Positions 1-10,941 of a stretch of DNA of 64,000 bases are shown here, piece after piece. The stretch is taken from positions 16,323-80,322 of the forward strand of contig CAUJEL010000040.1 of NCBI GenBank assembly GCA_963169875.1, written 5' to 3'. Each line of letters begins with the position of its first letter. The first letter of the stretch is position 1. This DNA comes from Candidatus Zhuqueibacterota bacterium (GTDB lineage: Bacteria; Zhuqueibacterota; Zhuqueibacteria; Residuimicrobiales; Residuimicrobiaceae). Under the pieces are notes generated by a model, which worked only from the letters and a program-made list of their open reading frames with translations, had not been told where the DNA came from and made no database searches. The translations under genes and the position numbers were made by a program.

Positions 1-2436
1 GATAATGGTGTTTGGGATCGAGTTCGGCGCGGTGGCGCGCCAGATCCGCCACCCTGGGACTGGCGGTTTCGCGCGATTTTGGGAACGTATGCGCCGCCAG
101 AAACAGGCCTGCAGCCCCATCACGGAGGAGAAAATAGGCAGCGGATTTTACACATTTTAATTCCGGCATGGGGACCGGATCCGCCTTGGGCGGCGCCACC
201 TCGCCACTGCGCAGCAGCTTGCGGGTATTCCTGCACTCCGGATAGCGGCTGCAGCCGAAATATTTGCCAAAACGGCCGGTTTTCAGCTGCATCTCGGCAC
301 CGCACTTGTCGCACGGCACCACAGGACCATCGTACCCTTTTAATTTATATTGGCCCTCTTCGATTTCCCAGCCGTCGCAATCCGGACTGTTGCCGCAGAC
401 GTGCAGTTTGCGATGGCTGTCGAGCAAATAGCTGTCCATGGCCGCGCCGCATTTGGAACAGCGGCGTTTGGCGAGCAGTTCCTCGGCATTACCCTCTTCC
501 TCTCCCTCCAGCTCTTCGCGCTGCGGTTTGGCGGTGGCGGCCTCGTCGCCGGGTATGAGATTGATGGTGCTCTTGCAGCGCTCCTTGGGGGGCAGGTCAT
601 ATCCGGAGCAACTCATAAAGACGCCGGTTCCCGCGGTGCGAATCACCATGGGCCGGCCGCAAGCCGGGCAGGTGATATCGGTGGGCACCGGCTCATTGCG
701 ACGCATATGTTCGGCCGCGTGACCCAGTTGGCCTTTAAAATCCGCATAGAACTCATCGAGCGTCCCGCGCCAATCGGCTGATCCTGCAGCTATGACGTCC
801 AGCTTCTCTTCCATGCCCGCGGTGAAGCCATAGTCCATGAGATCGGTGAAATTATGCACCAGCCGGTCCGTGACGATCTCGCCGATCTTTAGCGCATAAA
901 AGCGCCGGCTGACGAGCTTGACGTAGCCACGTTCCTGAATGGTGGAAATAATGGACGCGTAGGTGGACGGGCGGCCGATGCCGCGCTTCTCCAGCTCGCG
1001 CACCAGGCTGGCTTCGGTGTAGCGCGCCGGCGGTTTGGTGAAATGCTGGCTCGGATCCAGTTTCACCAGTTGAAGAATATCACCCACCGCCAGATCCGGC
1101 ATCTCGGTCTCGTCTTCTTTGCGCACCGGCGGCAGCACTTTCATCCAGCCATCGAACCGCATCACCCGCCCGCGGGCGCGCAGTTCATAATCACCAGCTT
1201 TTATGGTGATCACAGTCGTGTCGAATTCGGCTGGCTTCATTTGACTGGCGACGAACTGGCGCCAGATGAGATCGTAAAGCCGTTCCTCGTCGCGTTCGAG
1301 TCCGGGCAGTGCACCCGGCAGCGCCCCCACATGGGTGGGGCGAATAGCCTCATGCGCCTCCTGGGCGCCGGCTTTGCTGGCGTAGAAATTGGGTTTTTCC
1401 GGGAGATATTTCTGCCCAAATTCCTGCTGGATAAATTTGCGGCATCCGGCCACGGCCTCGGGCGAAAGGTTGAACGAATCGGTACGCATGTAGGTGATGT
1501 GCCCCGCCTCATACAGCCGCTGCGCCAGCAGCATGGTTTTCTTGACGCCGAATCCCAAACGGACGCTGGCAGCCTGCTGCAGGGTGGTGGTGATGAATGG
1601 CGGATAGGGACGCGATACCACCGGCGCGTCCTTGCGTTCGGTAATTTGATAGGTGGCTGGACGCAGATCAGCAAGGGCCTTGTCTGTGTCGCTTTTGCTG
1701 CCGGGGCGGAAACTTACACCATTCCACTTTACCACCTGGGCGCGAACCGGATTTTTACCTTTGAGATCGGCCCATATCTCCCAGTACTCATCGGGCACAA
1801 AGGCGCGGATTTCGCGCTCACGCTCCACCACCAGACGCACGGCCACGGATTGCACCCGGCCTGCCGAGAGGCCGCGGGCAATTTTCTGCCACAGCAGAGG
1901 CGACACCATATAGCCGACGACACGGTCGAGAAAACGCCGCGCCTGTTGCGCGTTGACGCGGTTCATGTTGATGGTTCCCGGCTGGCTGAACGCGTGCTGG
2001 ATCGCTGTTTTGGTGATCTCGCTGAAAGTCACACGGCGGTAGCGCTCCGGATCGCCGCCGATGGCCTCGCGCAGATGCCAGGCAATCGCCTCTCCTTCCC
2101 GATCCAAATCCGTGGCGAGATAGATGGTGTCGGCGCTTGCGGCGGATTGTTTCAATTCTTTCAAAACCTTGAGTTTGCCGGGCAGGATGACATAGTGGGC
2201 TTGCCAGCCGTGCTCCGGATCGACGCCCATGACGCGCACGAGATTGCGCTGCTTCTTCTGTGCGCTGTCGAGCTTGACGCCCTCCTCCTCTTTGGTTGAC
2301 TTGGCTTGGGCTGCGCTGGGCGGCAAATCGCGGATATGACCTACGGATGATTTGACGATATAATCGCTGCCGAGGTATTTGTTGATGGTCTTGGCCTTGG
2401 CAGGCGACTCAACGATGACAAGATGCTTGGCCATGA
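1..2436 (-). CDS. topA: DNA topoisomerase I (N-terminal 812 codons; C-terminal zinc-ribbon region runs off the window start)
   Basis: Reverse-strand translation from the ATG at 2434-2436 reads [38 protein letters not shown]..., a TopA TOPRIM N-terminus. The frame stays open to position 1 and contains repeated C-x2-C zinc-ribbon motifs near the window start. It is missing from the ORF track because there is no stop inside the window; the listed + ORF 1043..2299 is its antisense shadow. Confidence 0.9.
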
Positions 2437-2674
2437 AAATATCCTTAAAAAGTAATACTTGAAAGCGTATAATGAAACAAAATCATATTAAAATAATCTT
2501 TACCCCGTTAGGATGCAACGGTTTTCTTGGACAAATTTCACCACCCTGATGCGAGCGACGCTAAGGCAAATCAGGAGTATAATTTTCAATAACCACCCGA
2601 TTTTTTAGTGGCAATTGACAAAATTAATAAATACTATGTATGGACATTGACAATTTACAAGAAAATCTGACTGT

Positions 2675-3778
2675 ATGAATCGAAAAAAATATTTGCACCT
2701 CATTCGCTGCCTGTTTCTATTTTATATCGGTTACGTGGCATGTAGCTGGAACGGAGTATTGGAGAAAGATCGTTTTTGGCATGACGCTATTGCTCCTCAA
2801 AAGATCGGCCGCATGGTCACCGACGATCTGCTCAGCCGCGAGGAATTCATGATGTATCGCACATCGCACTATACCGGCATCCATTACGCTGAAGCTTGCG
2901 CCGGCTTCGGCGCTGTGCGACTGGCGGGCCTGCTGAAAGATAGAGAATTACTGGAAAAATTATCCGGCCGCTACCGCACGGCATTCCGCGATAGTCTGGT
3001 CAAGGACGCCGGTCATGTCGATGCCAACGTATACGGGATCTTGCCGCTCGAACTCTTTCTGCAAACACGGGATGAGGCTTTCCTCAAGCAGGGTATGGAT
3101 TTGGCGTCGCGCCAGTGGCTGAATCCCACAGCAGATGGCTTGACCCATGAGGCGCGCTATTGGGTCGATGATATCTGGATGATCGCCAGTCTGCAGGTGC
3201 AAGCCTTTCGCGCAACGGGCGATACCATGTATCTGGATCGCGCTGCCCGGGTTATGATTGCGTATCTCCACAAATTGCAGCAGCCCAACGGACTCTTTTT
3301 CCATGGCGCCAATGCGCCATTTTATTGGGGCCGGGGCAACGGCTGGGCGGCAGCCGGAATGGCTGAACTGCTCACCGCACTGCCACAGACACATCCTGAC
3401 TTTGAATATATTCTGAAGGGTTACCGAAAAATGATGCATGCACTACGGCGCTTTCAGGCAAAAGATGGCATGTGGCGGCAGTTGCTGGATAATGAAGCGT
3501 CCTGGCCGGAGAGTTCCTCCACCGCGATGTTCGGTTATGCAGTATGCGCAGGCGTAAAAAAGGGTCTGTTAGAGAAGGAAGAATTCCAAACCGTTTATCA
3601 GAATGCCTGGGTGGCACTGGCAGGGTATGTCAATGAAAAAGGGCAGCTGCGGCAGGTCTGTAGCGGCACCGCCAAAAGCGATCAGATCGATTATTATCTC
3701 AATCGTCCCCGCGTCACCGGTGATCTCCACGGCCAGGCGCCGTTGTTATGGTTTGCAGCCAGCCTGCTGCAGGAATGA
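2675..3778 (+). CDS. Glycoside hydrolase family 88/105-like (unsaturated glucuronyl/rhamnogalacturonyl hydrolase)
   Basis: 367-aa ORF. Motifs WVDDIWM, GNGWAAAG and WRQLLD fit the (alpha/alpha)6 UGL/YteR family by eye. N-terminal hydrophobic segment. RBS-like sequence upstream. Confidence 0.55.
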   Translation: MNRKKYLHLIRCLFLFYIGYVACSWNGVLEKDRFWHDAIAPQKIGRMVTDDLLSREEFMMYRTSHYTGIHYAEACAGFGAVRLAGLLKDRELLEKLSGRYRTAFRDSLVKDAGHVDANVYGILPLELFLQTRDEAFLKQGMDLASRQWLNPTADGLTHEARYWVDDIWMIASLQVQAFRATGDTMYLDRAARVMIAYLHKLQQPNGLFFHGANAPFYWGRGNGWAAAGMAELLTALPQTHPDFEYILKGYRKMMHALRRFQAKDGMWRQLLDNEASWPESSSTAMFGYAVCAGVKKGLLEKEEFQTVYQNAWVALAGYVNEKGQLRQVCSGTAKSDQIDYYLNRPRVTGDLHGQAPLLWFAASLLQE

Positions 3779-3803
3779 TAACAACGAAAGAACACATCGA
3801 TGG

Positions 3804-4553
3804 TCACAACGCCAAACCCGAAACGGGATCGATTCCTTCAAAAATAATATTCTGAGCATATTTTTTCGCTTTATGAAACAGCGCTTCTGAAGAAACTGTC
3901 CAGGCGATGATGGGGATGTGCATGGAATGGAGGCGGCTGGTGAAACGGTTGGGCATGCCATGGATGTCATAGGCGACAAACATAGGCGAATTTAGAGTGA
4001 GAAAATACATACTCCGCAACAGCAATTTTTTGTATGCGCCCATGCTGATGTCCTGCAACTCACAAGCGAGCTGCCCCCGGATTATTTCCGGCGCGTGTTT
4101 TTTGAACCACTGGATGGTTAACGGATTAAACGATTGCACCGCAAACTCTCCGCTATATCCTCTCAGTTTATCCAAAAGTGATCGTTCCAGAACACCAACT
4201 GTACCCTCATTTTTTACTTCGATGAGGATGGGGATTTTACCGGCAATTACTTCGAACACCTCTTCGAGCCTGGGGATGGTTTGATCTGTGTCATAGAGAT
4301 GTAATTTTTTAAGGGAATCCCTGCTCTGTGCCGCCAGTGCGCCCCTGGTGCCGGTCAGCCGCAACAGATCATCATCATGAAAAACAGCGATGCCGCCGTC
4401 GGCGAGCAGGTGCACGTCCAGCTCCACGGGATGTCCTTTTGCAGCTGCGTGTTCAAAGGCCTGCAGGGAATTTTCCGGCACAGACCTGCCCTGGTGCAAT
4501 CCGCGGTGGGCGATGGGCCGCTGCAGCAGCCAATGCTCGTGCGCGAGTTTCAT
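3804..4553 (-). CDS. Glycerophosphodiester phosphodiesterase family protein
   Basis: IAHRG, PENSLQAFEHA and VELDVHLLADG motifs of the GP-PDE fold. The stop abuts the upstream MocA-like gene. Confidence 0.8.
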   Translation of the reverse strand: MKLAHEHWLLQRPIAHRGLHQGRSVPENSLQAFEHAAAKGHPVELDVHLLADGGIAVFHDDDLLRLTGTRGALAAQSRDSLKKLHLYDTDQTIPRLEEVFEVIAGKIPILIEVKNEGTVGVLERSLLDKLRGYSGEFAVQSFNPLTIQWFKKHAPEIIRGQLACELQDISMGAYKKLLLRSMYFLTLNSPMFVAYDIHGMPNRFTSRLHSMHIPIIAWTVSSEALFHKAKKYAQNIIFEGIDPVSGLAL

Positions 4554-5165
4554 TTACCGGTGCCCCACCGGATATTCCATTTCATGGAGATCTTGCCATT
4601 CATTGATATTTCTTAAAATGCCGGGATCCGCCACATCGACATACTCGGTCGGGCCGCCAATATGTTTTAAAATCATGCGCAAAGAAGAATCCAATGCTGC
4701 ATCCTGGATATGTGCAAAGAGTCGCTGCGGGAGGATGATGGGATGACCGGATTTTTTCTGATAACAGGGTTTAACAACTGCATCGGGATATCTCACAAAA
4801 GTGTCCTTCAGGCTGCGAAATGTCTGCACCGAGATAAAAGGATGATCCACCGGCACAATAAAGAGGCCGGCACAATCATGCAATGCCGCAATGCCTGTCC
4901 GTATCGAGGACAACATCCCTATCTCCGGATTTGGATTGATGCAGATAGCCGTCTTTGCGTCGTACTGCCGCGCCCAATCCGATTCCGACTGTGCAACGAC
5001 GCTGATGATAGTGGTGATTTCAGCTTGCCGGAGTTGATCGAGAAGTCGCTCGAAAAAGCTCTCGCCGTTCTGACAAAGTCGAAGTTTGGGCATGCCCATG
5101 CGGGAACCGCGCCCTGCTGCCAGGATCACGGCGCCCAATTGACTATCATCCATAGATCCCGTCAT
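4554..5165 (-). CDS. MobA/MocA-like molybdenum cofactor nucleotidyltransferase (YgfJ/MocA-like)
   Basis: N-terminal AVILAAGRGSRMG-PK NTP-transferase motif and a GHPIL motif shared with E. coli MocA. It sits inside a molybdenum hydroxylase locus. Confidence 0.7.
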   Translation of the reverse strand: MTGSMDDSQLGAVILAAGRGSRMGMPKLRLCQNGESFFERLLDQLRQAEITTIISVVAQSESDWARQYDAKTAICINPNPEIGMLSSIRTGIAALHDCAGLFIVPVDHPFISVQTFRSLKDTFVRYPDAVVKPCYQKKSGHPIILPQRLFAHIQDAALDSSLRMILKHIGGPTEYVDVADPGILRNINEWQDLHEMEYPVGHR

Positions 5166-5170
5166 TGTTT

Positions 5171-6625
5171 CTAAGCCGCTGCAATCGCGGCGTTGAATGC
5201 TTCGATGAGGTGGTCAAAATAGATCACCTCCTCTTCAAATAAGCGCTGCCAGTAGGCGGGATCCCACTGCGCCAGTATCTCTTCGTAGGTCTTGCCCTGC
5301 TGCTCCACCCAGGTATAATATTTCAGATTGTGAATCGCCTTGCGCTCCGCATAGGTCAATTCCTTGAAATAATCGATGCATTGATGCGCCAGGGGTCCGG
5401 CGTGATCGCGCAGCGCATCATCGCGGTGATAGGCGCCGCGTTCCGCATTGAGTTCAGCCAGACGCGACTGATACAAATCCACTGAATCGGTAAAAATGGT
5501 AAAAATCACATCTTCTTCGCCCAGATCATAGTATTTGGCTGTTTTGATCGCAGCCAGCAGGTTGGCGATGCTGGAGATGCCCAGCAAACTGAGCGAATCG
5601 ACCTGCTGCGCATCGAGGCCGAGGGTGCCGAGACAAACACGGCCTGCCTCCTCGTTGAAGAGCCGCAGCAGACGCATGCAGTCCTCATCGTCAATGGCCG
5701 CGACCGCGTCGGTATTGCGGACGTTGTGCACCCAGGGCACATGCTTGTCGCCGATGCCTTCAATGCGATGCCCGCCAAAGCCGTTCATGAGCAGCGTCGG
5801 GCATTGCAGCGCCTCGCTGGCCACAATTTTTAGATGTGGATAATGCTTCTTGAGATAATCGCCTGCGGCGATGGTGCCAGCGGAACCCGTCGCTGAAATG
5901 TATGCAGCCGGACGCACCGAGTCCCCCAGGCGTGCCAGCACCTCCTCGATGGCCGGCCCGGTGACCGTATAGTGAAAGATGGGATTGCCGAACTCATCGA
6001 ATTGATTAAAAATGATATTCAGAGGATCATTTCGCAGTTCCCAGCACTTGTCATAGATTTCCTTGACGTTGGATTCACACCCCGGGGTGGCTATGACTTC
6101 GGCGCCGATCTCCTTGAGCCAGGTGAAACGCTCGCGCGACATTTCTTCGGGCAGAATGGCCACGGCTGTACACCCCAGCAGGGCGCAATCAAAGGCCCCG
6201 CCGCGGCAGTAGTTGCCCGTCGAGGGCCACACGGCTTTGTGGCGTTCGGGATCGAACTCGCCGCTCACCAGTCGCGGCACCAGACAGCCGAATGCGGCGC
6301 CGACCTTGTGCGCGCCGGTGGGGAAATATTTGCCCACAAGTCCGATGATGCGCGCCTTGACGCCGGTCAACGCGGCGGGGATTTCAACAAAATTTACACC
6401 GCCGAACAATCCGGTCTTGATATCGTTTTTCCAGGTGATGCGGTAAAGATTGAGGGGATTGACATCCCAAAGACCAACCAGCTTTAATTTTTCCAACACC
6501 TCACGTGGCAGACTGGCTGGTTCCCGCATTTGTTTAAAGGTGGGAATTGTGATGCCCAGCCGTTTGCAGCGCGCGGCGGTTTTTTTAATAGTCTCCTGAT
6601 CAAGGCTTTTGATGATCTGTGACAT
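5171..6625 (-). CDS. PLP-dependent enzyme, tryptophan synthase beta (TrpB-like) superfamily
   Basis: 484-aa ORF with a PTGAHKVGAAFG lysine motif resembling TrpB HTGSHK, and a Gly-rich loop ATGSAGTIAAG. Substrate unknown. Confidence 0.55.
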   Translation of the reverse strand: MSQIIKSLDQETIKKTAARCKRLGITIPTFKQMREPASLPREVLEKLKLVGLWDVNPLNLYRITWKNDIKTGLFGGVNFVEIPAALTGVKARIIGLVGKYFPTGAHKVGAAFGCLVPRLVSGEFDPERHKAVWPSTGNYCRGGAFDCALLGCTAVAILPEEMSRERFTWLKEIGAEVIATPGCESNVKEIYDKCWELRNDPLNIIFNQFDEFGNPIFHYTVTGPAIEEVLARLGDSVRPAAYISATGSAGTIAAGDYLKKHYPHLKIVASEALQCPTLLMNGFGGHRIEGIGDKHVPWVHNVRNTDAVAAIDDEDCMRLLRLFNEEAGRVCLGTLGLDAQQVDSLSLLGISSIANLLAAIKTAKYYDLGEEDVIFTIFTDSVDLYQSRLAELNAERGAYHRDDALRDHAGPLAHQCIDYFKELTYAERKAIHNLKYYTWVEQQGKTYEEILAQWDPAYWQRLFEEEVIYFDHLIEAFNAAIAAA

Positions 6626-6797
6626 TGCTCATTCCTATTCTATCATTATTTTCCCAAGAAAATTGTCGGGCGAGTCGTTACCCTTTGCAATGTTATTCTT
6701 AAAAACGATAATACTGAGGTCGATGATTTTCATCGACACGCCTAGACTTCATTCAAATCTGATCCGTTTACAACGAAACACGAGCCATTTAAAGCCA

Positions 6798-8003
6798 TCA
6801 AGCAATAATCTGCGCCAGTTTTTCCTGAAAATTCCTGATTCGGGTCATGACGATCATCGCTGCAATAATAAAAGGCTTATAGCCCGCTTCCCGGTAGGTC
6901 TGCAGGCGGTATTTTTCAAACACACCTTTTGATACCTCTCCCTGCGCACAGCTCACACCCGAGATGTCAGCCGGCAGGCAGTGCATATAGAGCGCCTCTC
7001 CTCCCCGGGTGCACTTCATCCTGGTCTCATCGCATTCCCAGTTTTTAAAGCGCGCATTGTTGACGAGGCACTCTTTTTCCAATGCCTTGAGTCCGTCGCG
7101 GTCATTGTTCTTGAGCAGCTCCGTGCGCCGTTCCATCACCTGATAAGGGGCCCAGGATTTGGGGTAAACGATATCCGCATTTTCAAAAGCCTCCTCCATG
7201 CTGGCGGCGATTCTGAATTGGCCCCCGCTGGCTTGACTGTTTGCACGTGCCAGATCGATCACATCGGGGATCAGTTCGTAGCCTTCGGGATAAGCGAGAT
7301 CGACCTCCATGCCGAACCGCGTCAAAAGTCCGATGATGCCCTGGGGCACGGAGAGCGGTTTGCCATAGCTGGGAGAATAGGCCCAGGTCATGGCGATTTT
7401 TTTGCCCCTCAAGGCCTCCAGGGAGCCGAAGTGGTTTTTAATATGCAAAAGATCGGCCGCGGTCTGCGTCGGATGATCGATGTCGCACTGCAGATTGATG
7501 ACCGCCGGACGCTGATGCAGGACGCCCTGTTCAAAACCCTCCTGCACGGCTGCGGCCACTTCTCGCATGTATTTATTGCCCTCACCCAGAAACATGTCAT
7601 CGCGGATGCCGATGACCTCGGCGAGAAAGGAGATCATGTTGGCGGTTTCACGCACGGTCTCGCCATGGGCGATCTGCGACTTGACCTCATCCAGTTCGGA
7701 GAGTCCCAGTCCAAGGGCATTGACCGCCGATGCAAAGCTGAAGCGGGTGCGCGTCGAATTGTCGCGAAAAATGGAGATGGCCAGACCGGAATCGAACGTC
7801 CGCAATGACTTTTTCTGCTGATGCAGTTCCGAAAGGATTTCCGCCACCAGCAACAGCGCCTCTATCTCGGCAGCGGTTTTCTCCCAGGTGAGTAAAAAAT
7901 CTTTGTTATAGGTATTAGCCTTCAATTTCTGTAACGCCTGTAAATGGTGGTGCATGAGATCCATAAGATGCCTCCGATATGTGAAAAATGTCATTGCAAG
8001 CAC
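6798..8003 (-). CDS. ygeW: Knotted carbamoyltransferase YgeW
   Basis: From my memory of E. coli YgeW, roughly 70% identical over the alignable region: DFLLTWEKT, FRDNSTRTRFSFASA, SQIAHGETVRETANMISF, NLQCDIDHPTQ, WAYSPSYGKPLSVPQGIIGL, EALYMHCLPADISGVSC. The true start is probably an internal Met at about 7964. Confidence 0.85.
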   Translation of the reverse strand: MLAMTFFTYRRHLMDLMHHHLQALQKLKANTYNKDFLLTWEKTAAEIEALLLVAEILSELHQQKKSLRTFDSGLAISIFRDNSTRTRFSFASAVNALGLGLSELDEVKSQIAHGETVRETANMISFLAEVIGIRDDMFLGEGNKYMREVAAAVQEGFEQGVLHQRPAVINLQCDIDHPTQTAADLLHIKNHFGSLEALRGKKIAMTWAYSPSYGKPLSVPQGIIGLLTRFGMEVDLAYPEGYELIPDVIDLARANSQASGGQFRIAASMEEAFENADIVYPKSWAPYQVMERRTELLKNNDRDGLKALEKECLVNNARFKNWECDETRMKCTRGGEALYMHCLPADISGVSCAQGEVSKGVFEKYRLQTYREAGYKPFIIAAMIVMTRIRNFQEKLAQIIA

Positions 8004-8040
8004 AGGAATATTTATCTGGTATTGTCACACAACTGCGATG

Positions 8041-8194
8041 GAGCGAAGCAATCTCCGCCAAAAGGGCTGGCGGCAGATCAACGCCTTACCGCGGGGATCG
8101 CTTCGTTCAAACTCAAGCACGCCTGCATGTCCAGGTTCGATACCTCCGTTCGCAGTACGTGAAAAGAGCCACTGGGATTGCTTCGTTCGCCTCA
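8041..8194. promoter_or_regulatory. Three copies of a ~16-nt motif GG(A/G)GAT(T/C)GCTTCG(C/T)TC in the ygeW upstream / FeS-subunit downstream intergenic region
   Basis: 8041-8056 (inverted), 8092-8110 and 8174-8194 share GATYGCTTCGYTC. Candidate operator array or terminator-associated repeat. Confidence 0.25.
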
Positions 8195-8662
8195 TTTTTT
8201 CCCATAAAACGACGCCGCCATCTCCACGGCATCGATGATCTGCTGATAGCCGGTGCAGCGGCAGAGATTGCCATGGATGGCGCGGCGGATTTCCGCGCGC
8301 GTCGGCGCCGGATTGCTCAACAGCAGCGCATGCGCCACCAGGATCATCCCGGGTGTGCAGAAACCGCATTGCACCGCTCCCGCATCGATGAACGCCTGTT
8401 GCAGCGGATGCAGCGTACCGTCCTGCGCGGCCAATCCCTCGATGGTTAATATCGACGCATCCGCTACTTCGTTGACGCGTTTCAGACATGATTTGACGGG
8501 ACGATCATTTACAAGAACCGTGCACGTGCCGCAGGCGCCCACCTCGCAGCCGATCTTGGCGCCGGTCAGGTCGAGATCTTCGCGCAGGTAATCGATGAGG
8601 CGTTTCTCCGCCTGCGCCCGCGTGATGTCGCGCTGGATGCCGTTCACCGTCAGCTTCATCAC
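8192..8662 (-). CDS. Molybdenum hydroxylase (2Fe-2S)-binding small subunit
   Basis: GCEVGACGTCTV and CGFCTPGM...NLCRCTGY motifs of XDH/CoxS-type ferredoxin subunits. The start overlaps the stop of the Mo subunit (ATGA). Confidence 0.85.
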   Translation of the reverse strand: MMKLTVNGIQRDITRAQAEKRLIDYLREDLDLTGAKIGCEVGACGTCTVLVNDRPVKSCLKRVNEVADASILTIEGLAAQDGTLHPLQQAFIDAGAVQCGFCTPGMILVAHALLLSNPAPTRAEIRRAIHGNLCRCTGYQQIIDAVEMAASFYGKK

Positions 8663-10941
8663 CGGCCTCCTTTTGTGCTATCCTGTGCGGTGATTTTTAT
8701 TGGCAGCTTGTAATGCCGCACCCCGGTCGCGTGGAATATGGCATTGGCGATGGCCGGCGCCATGATTTCGTTGGTGGGCTCGCCAATGCTCTTGGCGCCC
8801 GTGGGCGATACCGCGTCGTAATTTTCAACCACCACAGCCTTCATCTCGGGCAAATCCAGCGCGCGCGGCAGATGGTAGCGATTCAAATTGCCATGGCTGA
8901 TTTTCCCATCCACAACATTCAGGTCTTCATGCAGCGCATAGCCCGTGCCCATGGCCATGCCGCCGAAAAACTGGCCCACGAGCATGGTGTTGTTGATGGC
9001 TTTACCGACATCGTGGCAGGCCACCGCGTTGAGCAACTTTACTTTTCCCGTCGTTTTATTCACGGTGAGTTCAACCGCCTGACAGCCGTACACCCAGGTG
9101 AAGTAGGCGTTGCCCTGCCCAATCTCCTCGTCCCACGTCACCTGCGGGGCGCGGTAGACGCCCAGGGCATACGGGAATTGCTGCATCTGAAACATGCGCC
9201 GGATCGCTTCCGCAAAGGGGAGCGATTTTTTTTCGTCTTTGCCAATAAGTTGATTTGCTACGAAGCGGACCTCTTCCGGTGCACAATCCAGTTCCGCTGC
9301 AAAAAGTTTGGCGATTTTCAACTTGAGCTCCCGCGCTGCCAGCGCAACCGCGCCGCCTCCCATGATGGTGCCGCGCGATGCCACCGTGGTGCCGCTGTCA
9401 GGGATGGTCGAGGTGGAAGAACGTTTGTAGTGAATGACATCAAGATCAATCCCCAGCTCCTGCGCCAGGATAAGCGACATGGCGGTTTCAGAGCCCTGAC
9501 CGTTCTCATGCACGCCGACATCGAGAATGACCGAGCCATCCGCCTGGACGTTGATGATGGCGGCGCAAAAGTCCACCCCTTCCGCGCCCAGGCTGACGCC
9601 GCGGTAGCTCATGGCCAGGCCGATGCCATAAAGCTCCTCCCCATCGCCCTGGCCATGACTGCAGCACCCCAGTTTTTTTTCATAGCCGATTTCCTGGAAC
9701 ACCGTATCCAGCACCTGTTCCATGGAAACCGTGTGATTATCCAGCTTCTGGCCGGTGATGGTGACGCTGCCCTGCCGCACCATGTTTCTGCGCCGCAGTT
9801 CGATGGCCGGCAATCCCAGTTCTGCGGCCGCCTCTTCGATGATCGACTCGATGACGAAGTTCATCTGCGGCGAACCAAAGCCGCGCATGGCGCCCGTCAC
9901 CACGTTATTGGTGTAGACGCCCCAGGTATCGCAGTGCACATGTTCCACAGCATAGGGTCCGCAGCACTGCACAGTGGAGCGCCAGGTCACCCAGGGCGTC
10001 ACCGAACAGTAGGCGCCGCCATCGGCGATGATTTTGCACTGCACGGCTCTTATTTCGCCTGTACGAGTCAGGCCCATTTTATAATAGACGCGATAGGGGT
10101 GACGCTTGTAGCTCTCGCGGATCGACCATTCGCGGCTGTAGGCCATTTTCACGGGCCGGTTCAGCAGCCTGGCGGCCAGGGCCGTGCGCGCGCAGACGAT
10201 GGCCGCGGTATCGTCCTTGCCGCCGAATCCACCGCCCAGCGGCATGCCCACCACCTCCACCGCAGCCAGCGGCACGCCGAGACAGGTAGCCACAAAACGC
10301 CGCGTGCTGAAGGGATGCTGCATGCTGCCGCGGACTTCCATAACGCCATCCGGACGCGGCAGGCAAACAGATACTTCCGGTTCCATGTAGGCGTGCTCGA
10401 TGAACTGCGTCTCATAGACCCGCTCGAGGATGAGTTCCGATACGGCGAAACCTTTTTCGATATCGCCGCGGCGCACATGGTGGGTGTTGATGATATTGCT
10501 GCCATGATTCTCGTGGACCAGGATGGCATCCGGCCGCAGTGCTTCCTCCGCATCCAGCAGGGCGGGAAGCGGCTCGGCCTCGATGCGCACCCTGGCGGCC
10601 GCCTGCAACGCCTGCGCGCGGGTCTCCGCCACTACCATGGCTACGACATCGCCGTGATAGCGAATCTTGTCATCGGCGAAAATGCGGAAATCCCTGATGA
10701 TCTGGCCAAAATGGTTGCTGCCCGGCACATCCCGGCTGGTCAGCACTTTGACAACGCCCGGACTTGCCTCCGCTTCTGCGGTGTGCACCTGCACCAATTT
10801 GGCATGGACGTAATCCGAATAAACCGGAACGGCATGAAGCATGTTGACGAATTTCAGATCATCGCTGTATTTGGCTTTGCCGGTCACCTTGGCGTACGCA
10901 TCGTTGCGCCAGCCCTTTTCTTTCACGTCAGGCATAAGCAC
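8659..10941 (-). CDS. Molybdopterin-binding large subunit of a xanthine-dehydrogenase-family hydroxylase (no FAD subunit adjacent)
   Basis: 760-aa ORF with aldehyde-oxidase/XDH a/b hammerhead and MoCo-binding regions. It overlaps the hydantoinase stop by 19 nt and the FeS subunit start by 4 nt, suggesting translational coupling. Confidence 0.85.
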   Translation of the reverse strand: MLMPDVKEKGWRNDAYAKVTGKAKYSDDLKFVNMLHAVPVYSDYVHAKLVQVHTAEAEASPGVVKVLTSRDVPGSNHFGQIIRDFRIFADDKIRYHGDVVAMVVAETRAQALQAAARVRIEAEPLPALLDAEEALRPDAILVHENHGSNIINTHHVRRGDIEKGFAVSELILERVYETQFIEHAYMEPEVSVCLPRPDGVMEVRGSMQHPFSTRRFVATCLGVPLAAVEVVGMPLGGGFGGKDDTAAIVCARTALAARLLNRPVKMAYSREWSIRESYKRHPYRVYYKMGLTRTGEIRAVQCKIIADGGAYCSVTPWVTWRSTVQCCGPYAVEHVHCDTWGVYTNNVVTGAMRGFGSPQMNFVIESIIEEAAAELGLPAIELRRRNMVRQGSVTITGQKLDNHTVSMEQVLDTVFQEIGYEKKLGCCSHGQGDGEELYGIGLAMSYRGVSLGAEGVDFCAAIINVQADGSVILDVGVHENGQGSETAMSLILAQELGIDLDVIHYKRSSTSTIPDSGTTVASRGTIMGGGAVALAARELKLKIAKLFAAELDCAPEEVRFVANQLIGKDEKKSLPFAEAIRRMFQMQQFPYALGVYRAPQVTWDEEIGQGNAYFTWVYGCQAVELTVNKTTGKVKLLNAVACHDVGKAINNTMLVGQFFGGMAMGTGYALHEDLNVVDGKISHGNLNRYHLPRALDLPEMKAVVVENYDAVSPTGAKSIGEPTNEIMAPAIANAIFHATGVRHYKLPIKITAQDSTKGGR

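Noticed and set aside
1043-2299. 418-aa + ORF
   Set aside because: Antisense shadow of topA. Low-complexity, His/Arg-rich sequence with no motifs.
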